Positions 20,007 to 30,245 of a stretch of 64,000 bases of DNA are shown piece after piece; the first letter of the stretch is position 1, and the number at the start of each line of letters is the position of its first letter. The position numbers were made by a program, and so were the translations under genes. The DNA is from an uncultured Pseudomonadota bacterium (GTDB taxonomy: Bacteria > Oederibacteriota > Muellerivitia > Muellerivitales > Muellerivitaceae): assembly GCA_963836235.1 (NCBI GenBank), contig CAWIIP010000004.1:544001-608000 (forward strand), written 5' to 3'. The notes under the pieces are model-generated. The model saw only the letters and a list, made by a program, of their open reading frames with translations, was not told the DNA's origin and did no database searches.

Positions 20007-20016
20007 CGAATAAAAG

Positions 20017-21834
20017 TTGAACTTTATAAAAAGGTTTAAATGGATGCGCCTGAAAAAAGTTTCCTCTCTTTTGTTTTTAGCCTTTTATGGAATTAGCCTT
20101 CCGGTTTCGGCAAAGGTTTCTAGCCTGGCCGGGAAGGCGGTTTTTGTTCCAGGCGAAATCATTGTTCGATTGAAAGAGGGAGCTACTCCTGGTGATCGGG
20201 CCAAGGCCCTAAACGCTGTGGGAACGGCCCGATCCTTGAAACGTTCTGATTTTTATAAGGTGAAGTTAAAACCGGGAATAGATGTTCCAACCGCCGTGAA
20301 CCAAATGGCAAAAGATCCGTCGGTCCAATATGCCCAACCCAATTACCGCTATTACGCTTTGGGATGTTCTCCGCCAACCGATCAATATTACATATCGCTC
20401 CAAGACTGGCCGTTTCTTAAAATCTCCGCACCGCAGGCGTGGAATTTGTTTGCCATTTGTCCCCCCGGAAGTTCTTCAGTGACGGTGGCGGTTTTGGATT
20501 CGGGTGTTTCCCGTTCCCATCCGGATCTTCTGAATGTTCCGCTGATTGGTTATAACGCCGTCTGTGCTGTTAAGGAACAAGATCCTTCTTCGGTAGTGCC
20601 AGACCCTTCCTGTAGTTCATGCGGTGGGCCAGTCAGCGATTCCGTTTCCGGCCCCGTTACCGCCAGTATGGATGACTTCGGCCATGGTACTTATGTATCG
20701 GGAATTATTGCGGCCAGTTGGGGTACGGCGAATCCCGAGGCTTGTGGCGCCATGATGTCAACGACGGGCATTGCGGGTTTGGCGCCTGGAATCACTCTTC
20801 TGGCGGTTAAAGTTCTCGATTGCACAGGGAGTGGGACTACTGAATCCATAGTGGATGGAATAAATTTTGCAGTTAGCCAGGGGGCGAAAATTTTGAATTT
20901 TTCTCTGGGGTCAGATCCTTCATATGGTTTTGATCCAACGGAAAAAGACGCATTGGATAACGCCATCGCCAATGGATGTGTGATTGTAGCTGCCGCGGGC
21001 AACGAATCCGAGGGTGGAACGTTGGCGCCTCTTGATTTTCCAGCTGCTTATCCACCAGTTCTCTCGGTGGGTGCCACTGGTCCGAATGACGAGGTTGCAT
21101 GTTACTCAAACGGCGGGAGCGGTTTGGACTTGGTGGCGCCAGGCGGTTTAGCCAACGATTGCCAAAAATGCGGCGTCACTTGTTACAATCCTGGCGGTGA
21201 TGTTTTCGGGTCGTTTCTTTGCCCTCTTTCGCCAGCAGCGAATTCTGAAGGTGGATTTTGGCTCCTAGCAAGTGATTATAATTTTGGCACGGCTGCCGGA
21301 ACATCCGCCGCAACACCGTTTGTCTCCGCGACCGCAGCCTTGATCTGGTCCCTTTATCCCAATCTCACCAATAGTCAAGTTGTTCAGGCCATCATCAATA
21401 ACACAGATAGTTTGAATGGCAATCAGGGTTGGGATTCTAAAACCGGTTATGGCCGACTGAATGTTTACAATGCGCTCCTGAATGCGGGGAACGGAAGCGG
21501 CCAAATGACGGATTACGTCCAAACATTTAACAGCCCTAATCCTTTTTATACCGGAATTACCGGGACGACCAATATCACCCTCGCCATTTCCCAGCCGGCG
21601 CCAGTGGAATTAACTATTTTTGATTCCTCGGGAGAGTTGGTTTTTCGCAAGAACTACAATGCTTCCGATCTCAATAACAATCCGTCCAATCCGCAGTTTA
21701 AATCCTATTATCTTTCTTGGGATGGGCGGAATGGGGCAGGGCAAAAAGTCGTGACGGGGATTTATTTTTACAGCGTTAAGGTGAATGGACAAATTGGGAG
21801 AAACAAGATAGCCCTTGTCCAGGGAACGAAATGA
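20017..21834 (+). CDS. Secreted S8 subtilisin-like protease with T9SS-like/FlgD-Ig C-terminal domain
   Basis: Propeptide (PGEIIVRLK..YAQPNY), triad VLDSG/HGT/GTSAA, AAAGN, GYGRLN; CTD SPNPF..IFDSSGELV..WDGRN..GIYFY..KIALV. Confidence 0.9.
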   Translation: MNFIKRFKWMRLKKVSSLLFLAFYGISLPVSAKVSSLAGKAVFVPGEIIVRLKEGATPGDRAKALNAVGTARSLKRSDFYKVKLKPGIDVPTAVNQMAKDPSVQYAQPNYRYYALGCSPPTDQYYISLQDWPFLKISAPQAWNLFAICPPGSSSVTVAVLDSGVSRSHPDLLNVPLIGYNAVCAVKEQDPSSVVPDPSCSSCGGPVSDSVSGPVTASMDDFGHGTYVSGIIAASWGTANPEACGAMMSTTGIAGLAPGITLLAVKVLDCTGSGTTESIVDGINFAVSQGAKILNFSLGSDPSYGFDPTEKDALDNAIANGCVIVAAAGNESEGGTLAPLDFPAAYPPVLSVGATGPNDEVACYSNGGSGLDLVAPGGLANDCQKCGVTCYNPGGDVFGSFLCPLSPAANSEGGFWLLASDYNFGTAAGTSAATPFVSATAALIWSLYPNLTNSQVVQAIINNTDSLNGNQGWDSKTGYGRLNVYNALLNAGNGSGQMTDYVQTFNSPNPFYTGITGTTNITLAISQPAPVELTIFDSSGELVFRKNYNASDLNNNPSNPQFKSYYLSWDGRNGAGQKVVTGIYFYSVKVNGQIGRNKIALVQGTK

Positions 21835-22886
21835 GGAATCAAAGTCGAATTCCTCAAGGCTGGGAGACAAAGAAAAACTTTTTTTTAAAAAATTGTTATA
21901 TTGATCTTGGGTCTTTTCTGAAGTTTTGTTGGTCTTTTTGTCGTATAGAAATTAAATTTTGCTTCTTATTCTTTTTTTTGGCTTTGCCGGTTCTGGCGGA
22001 TCAGCAGGGAGGGCAAAGACCCGCGGCCTATTTGGAATATGGAGCGGGTGGGATTGAAAACGCCATGGGCGGGGCCGCCGTCGCCGATCGCAATGATGCA
22101 GCCAATGGATTTTGGAACCCGGCAGGATTAAGCGGCCTCCGAGGGTTTCAGGTGGAGGGCCATAAAACCCTGATGTCGTTGGGCCAGGAACTGGATTACA
22201 TAACTTTCGCCAATGGTTTTCGAGATGCGTTCTTTTACGGACTATCCTGGTTTAATTACAGCGCAGGAGGGGACATCGAGGCAAGGACGGGACCGTCCCT
22301 AGCGCCGGACAGTGTTTTCGGGGATACGGAAATGACTTTCCTGGGTTCGATCGCTTTCAAACTGGATCCCCAATGGGCCCTGGGCTGGAATATCAAAGTG
22401 TTGACCCAAAATTTTAACAACTTTTCCGCTTTTGGCCTGGGTGAGGACCTGGGGATTCAATACCGCGTCACCCAATACACGACCCTGGGTTTCATGATCG
22501 AAGACCCAATCACTTTTTTCAGTTATAACAATTCAATCACTGATTTTATTCCTCCTACTTTTAAGTCAGGTATTTCTCAACGTGATGAGAGGATTAACGC
22601 TAAATTAAATTTTGACCTGGACTGGAGTCCGGATTTAGGGTTAGAACCTCATTTGGGAATTGAGTGGCATCCAGCGGAAGCATTTGCCTTGAGGGGCGGA
22701 TGTTGGGCTGAAAATTTGACGGCTGGAACATCGGGCGGCGCTATTTTGATCAACCCGACAGCTGGTTTTGGGATTTTTGTTCCGATGGGGGACAGCTTAG
22801 TTGAATTGGATTACACGATTCTAACAGATCGTGTTGAACAAGGAAATTTTCTTCATCAGGTTTCGATCACTGGAAAATTTCTTTGA
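21831..22886 (+). CDS. PorV/PorQ-like (UPF0164/FadL-type) outer-membrane beta-barrel
   Basis: 'AAYLEYGAG..AMGGAAVA..FWNPAGL' N-terminal motif, amphipathic strands, 'LDYT..HQVSITGKFL' terminus. Confidence 0.78.
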   Translation: MRNQSRIPQGWETKKNFFLKNCYIDLGSFLKFCWSFCRIEIKFCFLFFFLALPVLADQQGGQRPAAYLEYGAGGIENAMGGAAVADRNDAANGFWNPAGLSGLRGFQVEGHKTLMSLGQELDYITFANGFRDAFFYGLSWFNYSAGGDIEARTGPSLAPDSVFGDTEMTFLGSIAFKLDPQWALGWNIKVLTQNFNNFSAFGLGEDLGIQYRVTQYTTLGFMIEDPITFFSYNNSITDFIPPTFKSGISQRDERINAKLNFDLDWSPDLGLEPHLGIEWHPAEAFALRGGCWAENLTAGTSGGAILINPTAGFGIFVPMGDSLVELDYTILTDRVEQGNFLHQVSITGKFL

Positions 22887-22940
22887 GATGCGTTGTAATT
22901 AACAACCTTTATTCTCTGAGGCGGCTTATGGCGAGGTTCT

Positions 22941-23750
22941 GTGGAAAATCCTGAAACATTAAAATCGCGGCTTGAACTTTGTCGACGTTTAGGTGTCCAA
23001 TATGTTTCTTTGAATGTTTCTGGCGAAGAAGGAACTGCGGATTATTCAACTAGGACGTCTTTTGTCGAATCGGTACCCGGTTTAATTGAAAGTGCGAGCA
23101 ACTCGGATTCTCTTCCTGGGCAAAAGCTTTCCGATATTGATCAGGCTAATCCCAAGTGGCTAACGGCTTTTCCGGACTCGGTCCAAGCCATGGAACTTTT
23201 GGCCTTTAACCGTGACATTTGTGAATGCCAAAACTGTCCTCTGGGTAAAACTCGCCAAAATTTTGTTTTCGGAAGTGGCAGTCCGCGTGCCGAGATAATG
23301 TTTGTGGGAGAGGCTCCGGGTGCGGATGAAGACGCCCAAGGTTTGCCCTTCGTTGGGAAAGCCGGTCAACTTTTGACCAAGATCATTGAATCAACCAAGA
23401 CCTGGAAGCGGTCCGATGTTTTTATATGTAATGTCCTCAAGTGTAGGCCTCCGGGAAACCGGACACCTCAACCGGAAGAAGTGGCACAGTGCCGACCCTA
23501 TTTGGAAGAGCAGATTCGTATTATTAAGCCCAAATTCATCATGGCTCTTGGAGCCAGTGCGGCCCAGGCGCTTTTAGAGACCAAGGATTCGGTTGGGAAA
23601 CTCCGCAACAAGTGGCATGATTTTGCCGGAATTCCCCTTCGTGTGACCTATCACCCGGCTGCCCTTTTAAGGTTTGATGGATATAAAAAGGACGTTTGGG
23701 AGGATATGAAGGAATTGACGGCCAAATATCAGGAATTGACCCACATGTAA
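22941..23750 (+). CDS. Uracil-DNA glycosylase family 4
   Basis: CQNC Fe-S motif, 'VGEAPG..ED..G.PFVG.AG', 'KCRPPGNR', 'TYHPAALLR'. Confidence 0.93.
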   Translation: MENPETLKSRLELCRRLGVQYVSLNVSGEEGTADYSTRTSFVESVPGLIESASNSDSLPGQKLSDIDQANPKWLTAFPDSVQAMELLAFNRDICECQNCPLGKTRQNFVFGSGSPRAEIMFVGEAPGADEDAQGLPFVGKAGQLLTKIIESTKTWKRSDVFICNVLKCRPPGNRTPQPEEVAQCRPYLEEQIRIIKPKFIMALGASAAQALLETKDSVGKLRNKWHDFAGIPLRVTYHPAALLRFDGYKKDVWEDMKELTAKYQELTHM

Positions 23751-23870
23751 AAATCCACTTTTTGGTGGATTACCGATGCTAAAAATCTGCCTTTTTCGTC
23801 GTTTTGAGCAAATAATCGGTATAATTTCAACAAAATTCCTATGTACCTCCTATTCCAACTACCGGATTAA

Positions 23871-26800
23871 TTGATGAAGTCTTTTAAAATTTTATTTCTG
23901 GCCTCTTTTATCGTTTCTTCTGCTTTTCAAGCTTCCGAGGTTCAAGCCCAGTGTGGCATTTCTTATGATAACAATGAGGCTGTAACCTTCTTGACGGGAA
24001 CAACGGCTACTTTTCCCGTCACGGTTGGAAATTTGGGGAATCGGCTTCTTTTGCTTCAGGTGTCCACAAATAATAGCCCGAATGCCGTGAATGCTACTAC
24101 TACCACTTCCAGTAGAACAGCTAGTTTAACATCGATTGTTACTAATTCTGTTTTTGGTCGAACACTGGAATCCTTATACCTACTTAACCCCGATTCTGGG
24201 CCCAATACAATAACGTTGACCTTAACTAATTCTTCTTTTATTGCGGCCGCGACCAGCTTTGCAGGTGTATCTCAAACTGCTCCGGCACCTTGGAACACCA
24301 ATTTCTCTCGTCAGTCCACGGCGACCCAGGATTTTTCAATTTCTTTGGATACCACCACTCCCGACAGTTGGATCGTGGATCAATTTTTGTGGAATAATGC
24401 GACTATTGGAATTTCCGCATTGGGAGCTGCCCAGATTCAAATGTGGAACTCACCCTTCATAACTCCCAATATCAGCGCCGAAGGTGACTATCTTCCTACC
24501 AGCAGCCCTGGTTTGACAGCCCTTAGCTATTCCCTCACTGCCGCTACCAGCGGAGATTTACAGGCAGTGGAAATACTTCCATTCGTATGTACGCCAACCC
24601 CAACGAACACGTCTACAGATACTTCTACTAATTCGCCTACCGACACGCCGAGCTCGACGGCGACTTTGACTACTACGGATACGACAACCTATACGGCTAC
24701 AGATACGGCGACATTGACAGATACCTTGACTCCCACAGATACACCGACTTTGACCCCGACTTTTACCACTACGTGCACAACTACGGATACGGCCACAAAT
24801 ACTCCAACTTCAACAGCAACCCTTACGCCGACCAATACACCGGTCAATCCTCCGGTGAACATAATCCTGGCGGCAACACCCGTGAACCAGACGGTAATTC
24901 CGGGAATTGAAGGGGTGACGGTTATACAGTTGCAGGTGACCAACAATAGCATGACGGAAGGAGTGTCTTTCTTGTCCATTGTTTTGGGCGGGACCAACCC
25001 GAACGACTCTACCGAAATAGCACAGGTAAATCTTTATGATGAAACGGGACTGGTGACAAGCGGGACATTTAAAACTGCAGGGGCGGTGACGTTGGGGTTG
25101 GCACCCCTGGAAACGTTAGGGATGAGTGGTTCGGCTTCGGCATCGCAAACCTTCGTGGTGACTTATGATTTTTCAAATGCACAATTTGCGGGAACTTACG
25201 GATTGACGTTAGGCTCAGGTAGTTTGACCGGAACAGGTGCTTCGACCGGAAAGCCCATCGCGGTTTCAGGATTGCCATTAGGCGGAGCGCAAATAACAAT
25301 TGAGTTGCCGACATCAACGCCAACTAATACAGCCACGAGTACAACCACAGATACTCCAACAAATACGCCTACGCTTACCAATACAGCGACATTCACACCG
25401 ACGTTTACGGCGACGAATACGGCGACGGCCACGGCGACCGACACAGCCACAAATACGCCAACGAATACGGCGACCTATACGACGACGGATACGCCTACGG
25501 ATACGGCTACCTATACAACCACAGGTACGGCGACATTGACTGATACCTTAACTCCCACAGATACGCCGACTTTGACCACGACTTTGACGCCGACGGCGAC
25601 ACCGCAATCGAAGCTGGTGCTTTCGTGGAATAACGAACCGGCATCACAGAGCTATTTTTACAACCAGGCGAATGTGACGGGAATCCAGGTAGTGCTAAAG
25701 GCGCTTGGACAGGAGCCGGTGTCGGTGAACCAACTGGCTTTTGGGTTGGGAGGAACGCTTTTGAGCGGGGAGGTAGTGGGTGGAAGCGTGGAATTGTATC
25801 CGGATTCAGGGGCGAATGAGGTAGGTGGGGTTTATAACGGAACTGCTAGTCCGACGCCAGTGGCGACGGGAAGCTTTGTTGGCGGAACGGTTACTTTTGC
25901 GGGATTGACGAATTTAAAGGTGAATCCGTCGGGTGCGCCTCAAACCCTGCTGTTGGTGTTTAGCCTCCAAGCCAACGGCGGGGAGACTTTTTACAATACG
26001 ATTAGCGGCTCCTCAATTACGGCGGTGGGTGCGAATACGGGGCTACCGGTATCGGTTTTCGGAACACTGATCAATGGGAATACGCATACGGTGATAGGCC
26101 CTACGGCGACACCGACGTTTACGGCGACGAACACGGCGACGGCCACGGCGACCGACACAGCCACAAATACGCCAACGAATACGGCGACCTATACGACGAC
26201 GGATACGCCTACGGATACGGCTACCTATACAACCACAGGTACGGCGACATTGACTGATACCTTAACTCCCACAGATACGCCGACTTTGACCACGACTTTG
26301 ACGCCGACGGCGACACCGCAATCGAAGCTGGTGCTTTCGTGGAATAACGAACCGGCATCACAGAGCTATTTTTACAACCAGGCGAATGTGACGGGAATCC
26401 AGGTAGTGCTAAAGGCGCTTGGACAGGAGCCGGTGTCGGTGAACCAACTGGCTTTTGGGTTGGGAGGAACGCTTTTGAGCGGGGAGGTAGTGGGTGGAAG
26501 CGTGGAATTGTATCCGGATTCAGGGGCGAATGAGGTAGGTGGGGTTTATAACGGAACTGCTAGTCCGACGCCAGTGGCGACGGGAAGCTTTGTTGGCGGA
26601 ACGGTTACTTTTGCGGGATTGACGAATTTAAAGGTGAATCCGTCGGGTGCGCCTCAAACCCTGCTGTTGGTGTTTAGCCTCCAAGCCAACGGCGGGGAGA
26701 CTTTTTACAATACGATTAGCGGCTCCTCAATTACGGCGGTGGGTGCGAATACGGGGCTACCGGTATCGGTTTTCGGAACACTGATCAATGGGAATACGCA

Positions 26801-29800
26801 TACGGTGATAGGCCCTACGGCGACACCGACGTTTACGGCGACGAACACGGCGACGGCCACGGCGACCGACACAGCCACAAATACGCCAACGAATACGGCG
26901 ACCTATACGACGACGGATACGCCTACGGATACGGCTACCTATACAACCACAGGTACGGCGACATTGACTGATACCTTAACTCCCACAGATACGCCGACTT
27001 TGACCACGACTTTGACGCCGACGGCGACACCGCAATCGAAGCTGGTGCTTTCGTGGAATAACGAACCGGCATCACAGAGCTATTTTTACAACCAGGCGAA
27101 TGTGACGGGAATCCAGGTAGTGCTAAAGGCGCTTGGACAGGAGCCGGTGTCGGTGAACCAACTGGCTTTTGGGTTGGGAGGAACGCTTTTGAGCGGGGAG
27201 GTAGTGGGTGGAAGCGTGGAATTGTATCCGGATTCAGGGGCGAATGAGGTAGGTGGGGTTTATAACGGAACTGCTAGTCCGACGCCAGTGGCGACGGGAA
27301 GCTTTGTTGGCGGAACGGTTACTTTTGCGGGATTGACGAATTTAAAGGTGAATCCGTCGGGTGCGCCTCAAACCCTGCTGTTGGTGTTTAGCCTCCAAGC
27401 CAACGGCGGGGAGACTTTTTACAATACGATTAGCGGCTCCTCAATTACGGCGGTGGGTGCGAATACGGGGCTACCGGTATCGGTTTTCGGAACACTGATC
27501 AATGGGAATACGCATACGGTGATAGGCCCTACGGCGACACCGACGTTTACGGCGACGAATACGGCGACAAATACGGCCACCAGCACTACCACGGATACGT
27601 CAACGAATACGGCGACATTTACGATGACGAACACACCTACGGAAACAGACTCCTACACGCCCACAAACACCGCGAGTGATACCGCCACCGCCACTCCGAC
27701 TGCCACCTATACAACGCCGGATGTACATGTTGGTTTATTTGGCACATTAGGCCCATTAATCCAAATACCCGGAGCTTTCAACATTGCGGACTTGGAAGTA
27801 CTGGTCAGCAATAATAGTACCGAGCCGATAAGCTTGGTCGACATAGTGTTTTCGGCGAATGGACCCGGAAACGCGGGGATAACGCTGGTGAGTTTGTACA
27901 GGGGAGCCGGTGTTGCTGCGGGAAACCTTGCCCAAAGCGGCCCTTATAACGCTAGCAATGTGGTGACATTGGGTGCTCCGCTTCTGGACGAAATTCCAGC
28001 CGGTCAGGCTCAAACCTATACGGCTGCTTTTGACTTTTCGAATACGGCTCCGACAGGGGACTATGCGGCGGTTTTGACAAACTTGCAAGGAGCGGGCGTG
28101 TCATCTACCTTTCCACTTGTAGTTTCAGGACAGCCAGTTACTGGTGTGACGATCACCATCGCTACTCCGACTTTTACCCCGACCAATACGGCCACTAATA
28201 CCGCTACTAATACACCGACCAATACGGCGACGGTCACTGCGACCAAAACGGCAACGAATACCGCAACGAATACGGCAACGAATACAGCGACTAATACGGC
28301 AACGAATACCGCGACTAATACGGCCACAAGTACTGCGACCAACACGGCTACGAATACACCCACAAAAACGACTACCAATACCGCCACGAATACAGCGACT
28401 AATACCACGACGAAAACAACGACGAATACGGCTACGAATACCACCACGTATACCCCGACGAATACAGCTACCAATACTGCGACCTATACGGCCACGAATA
28501 CAACGACGAACACGCCTACGAATACGGCGACCTATACTGAGACCAATACGCCCACAAATACTACGACCGCCACAGCCACGAATACGGCGACAAATACAAC
28601 GACTAGTACGGTGACGAATACGACTACTGTTACCCCGACCAACACGGCCACAGACACAGCGACCAATACGGCTACCAGCACAGCTACTGCCACAACCACA
28701 CAAACTACCACTAGTACGGCTACGAACACGCCTACGGCGACTGACACGCCCTGGCCCGCGTCCCGTTTGGCTTTTGTTTCCACGCCCGTTCCTACGTTTA
28801 TTGCCGGAATCAGTTCCGGCCCGATGACGGTTGAAATCCAGAACAGTTCTGGTGCGGGGGCCACATTAAATGCCCCCATGACGATTAACTTGTCCTCCAA
28901 TTCGACGGGCGAGAACCTGTTTTCACAAACATTGGGCGGCAATCCGGATGGCAACTTTGTAGTCCAGCCCTTCTCAACTCCAGTGATCAGTTTCTATTAC
29001 CTGGATTACAAAGCTGGAAATTGGACTGCCACGGCATCGAGTCCTTCCGGTATCACTCCGTCCACTCTTTCGATGCCCGTGTCTACGGGGGCGCTATCCC
29101 AATTGCAAGTGCTGTTGCCGGGGGAAACCGCCTATCCCGGCTGGCCCACACCCGATCCATTGGGAAAAACAGGCGCTCCCAGCATTCAAACTTCAGGGAA
29201 TCCTTTCCCGGTGGTGGTGAACGCAGTGGATGCCTATTTCAATGTCATTTCGATTTCCAACCAGATTGCCTTGACGTCTACAGGCGCCCTATCCCAGGGA
29301 TCTTTTACATTGGCGGCCGGTACCTGGCCTGAGCCAGTGACTCTTTTCTCGCCTTTAAGTCAAACCTTACAGGCTACTGACTTGTCGGTTAGTGGCATTA
29401 CGGGTATTAGTTCACCAGTTTCTCTACTGCCTGGTTCCCGAAGCAATTTCTTGAACGTGGTCCATCTTTCGCCGACCCTCTCGACTGCCGTCTTGGGACA
29501 AGCCGGGGTCAACCTTTTGGTACTTCAATTCACCCCTAATGGGACGGATGAGGTGGAGCTTACGAATTTACAACTTCACGCAAAAGACGGTAACGGTACC
29601 GACATCCCAATTAATAGCGCCTTCCAGGATCTATCGATGGTCGGCAAGAACGCCAGTGGAGTAACCGTTTATTCCCAAGCGGTGTCCTCGGTTAATTTAG
29701 CCACCGTCACTTTGGGACCAATTCCTCCCGGGACTTTTATGAGCTCTTTTACCAGTCCTCCTGGCAGCCTGTCTGTGACGGTGGAAGCGAATATTTCCTC

Positions 29801-30245
29801 TTCTGCTAGCGCAAAAGACATCCAAATTTTTGTGGATAACGCGGGGTCCATTTCCGATCTGGATACCTATCCCCCCACCTTCTCGCTTCCAGTATCCGCC
29901 CAAGGCGACCCAACCGGGTTTCCCATGTCCTCCAATCTTTTGTTGATCCGCTCTGCCGACGTGGCAAGCACCTATGGCAATTATCCGAATCCATTCCACC
30001 CTGAGACCGGAAATACTACCATCGAGTTCAACTTGGCGACCCCTTCGATTTATTCCCTGGTCATTTATGATGTTCTTGGAAGGAAAGTAAAATCCTTTGA
30101 AACGAACACGCCTCAGTCAGGGCTTCAACAATTATCATGGAATGGGAAGAATGACGCCGGAACACCTGTCCTGAGCGGTGTTTACTACGCTCAATTGAAC
30201 ACGGGTGGGAGTAAATATCTCCTAAAAATAGCGGTGGTGTATTGA
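23871..30245 (+). CDS. Giant (2124 aa) secreted surface protein with Ig-like modules, Thr-rich linkers and T9SS-like CTD
   Basis: Signal peptide (..VQA|QC), repeated beta modules, TNTA/TPT tracts, C-terminal YPNPF..IYDVLGRKV..WNGKN..SGVYY..KIAVVY. Confidence 0.88.
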   Translation: MMKSFKILFLASFIVSSAFQASEVQAQCGISYDNNEAVTFLTGTTATFPVTVGNLGNRLLLLQVSTNNSPNAVNATTTTSSRTASLTSIVTNSVFGRTLESLYLLNPDSGPNTITLTLTNSSFIAAATSFAGVSQTAPAPWNTNFSRQSTATQDFSISLDTTTPDSWIVDQFLWNNATIGISALGAAQIQMWNSPFITPNISAEGDYLPTSSPGLTALSYSLTAATSGDLQAVEILPFVCTPTPTNTSTDTSTNSPTDTPSSTATLTTTDTTTYTATDTATLTDTLTPTDTPTLTPTFTTTCTTTDTATNTPTSTATLTPTNTPVNPPVNIILAATPVNQTVIPGIEGVTVIQLQVTNNSMTEGVSFLSIVLGGTNPNDSTEIAQVNLYDETGLVTSGTFKTAGAVTLGLAPLETLGMSGSASASQTFVVTYDFSNAQFAGTYGLTLGSGSLTGTGASTGKPIAVSGLPLGGAQITIELPTSTPTNTATSTTTDTPTNTPTLTNTATFTPTFTATNTATATATDTATNTPTNTATYTTTDTPTDTATYTTTGTATLTDTLTPTDTPTLTTTLTPTATPQSKLVLSWNNEPASQSYFYNQANVTGIQVVLKALGQEPVSVNQLAFGLGGTLLSGEVVGGSVELYPDSGANEVGGVYNGTASPTPVATGSFVGGTVTFAGLTNLKVNPSGAPQTLLLVFSLQANGGETFYNTISGSSITAVGANTGLPVSVFGTLINGNTHTVIGPTATPTFTATNTATATATDTATNTPTNTATYTTTDTPTDTATYTTTGTATLTDTLTPTDTPTLTTTLTPTATPQSKLVLSWNNEPASQSYFYNQANVTGIQVVLKALGQEPVSVNQLAFGLGGTLLSGEVVGGSVELYPDSGANEVGGVYNGTASPTPVATGSFVGGTVTFAGLTNLKVNPSGAPQTLLLVFSLQANGGETFYNTISGSSITAVGANTGLPVSVFGTLINGNTHTVIGPTATPTFTATNTATATATDTATNTPTNTATYTTTDTPTDTATYTTTGTATLTDTLTPTDTPTLTTTLTPTATPQSKLVLSWNNEPASQSYFYNQANVTGIQVVLKALGQEPVSVNQLAFGLGGTLLSGEVVGGSVELYPDSGANEVGGVYNGTASPTPVATGSFVGGTVTFAGLTNLKVNPSGAPQTLLLVFSLQANGGETFYNTISGSSITAVGANTGLPVSVFGTLINGNTHTVIGPTATPTFTATNTATNTATSTTTDTSTNTATFTMTNTPTETDSYTPTNTASDTATATPTATYTTPDVHVGLFGTLGPLIQIPGAFNIADLEVLVSNNSTEPISLVDIVFSANGPGNAGITLVSLYRGAGVAAGNLAQSGPYNASNVVTLGAPLLDEIPAGQAQTYTAAFDFSNTAPTGDYAAVLTNLQGAGVSSTFPLVVSGQPVTGVTITIATPTFTPTNTATNTATNTPTNTATVTATKTATNTATNTATNTATNTATNTATNTATSTATNTATNTPTKTTTNTATNTATNTTTKTTTNTATNTTTYTPTNTATNTATYTATNTTTNTPTNTATYTETNTPTNTTTATATNTATNTTTSTVTNTTTVTPTNTATDTATNTATSTATATTTQTTTSTATNTPTATDTPWPASRLAFVSTPVPTFIAGISSGPMTVEIQNSSGAGATLNAPMTINLSSNSTGENLFSQTLGGNPDGNFVVQPFSTPVISFYYLDYKAGNWTATASSPSGITPSTLSMPVSTGALSQLQVLLPGETAYPGWPTPDPLGKTGAPSIQTSGNPFPVVVNAVDAYFNVISISNQIALTSTGALSQGSFTLAAGTWPEPVTLFSPLSQTLQATDLSVSGITGISSPVSLLPGSRSNFLNVVHLSPTLSTAVLGQAGVNLLVLQFTPNGTDEVELTNLQLHAKDGNGTDIPINSAFQDLSMVGKNASGVTVYSQAVSSVNLATVTLGPIPPGTFMSSFTSPPGSLSVTVEANISSSASAKDIQIFVDNAGSISDLDTYPPTFSLPVSAQGDPTGFPMSSNLLLIRSADVASTYGNYPNPFHPETGNTTIEFNLATPSIYSLVIYDVLGRKVKSFETNTPQSGLQQLSWNGKNDAGTPVLSGVYYAQLNTGGSKYLLKIAVVY
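25395..27568 (+). repeat. Three near-identical 714-bp (238-aa) tandem intragenic repeats
   Basis: Marker GCAATCGAAGCTGG recurs at 25604, 26318 and 27032 (period 714). Confidence 0.95.
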
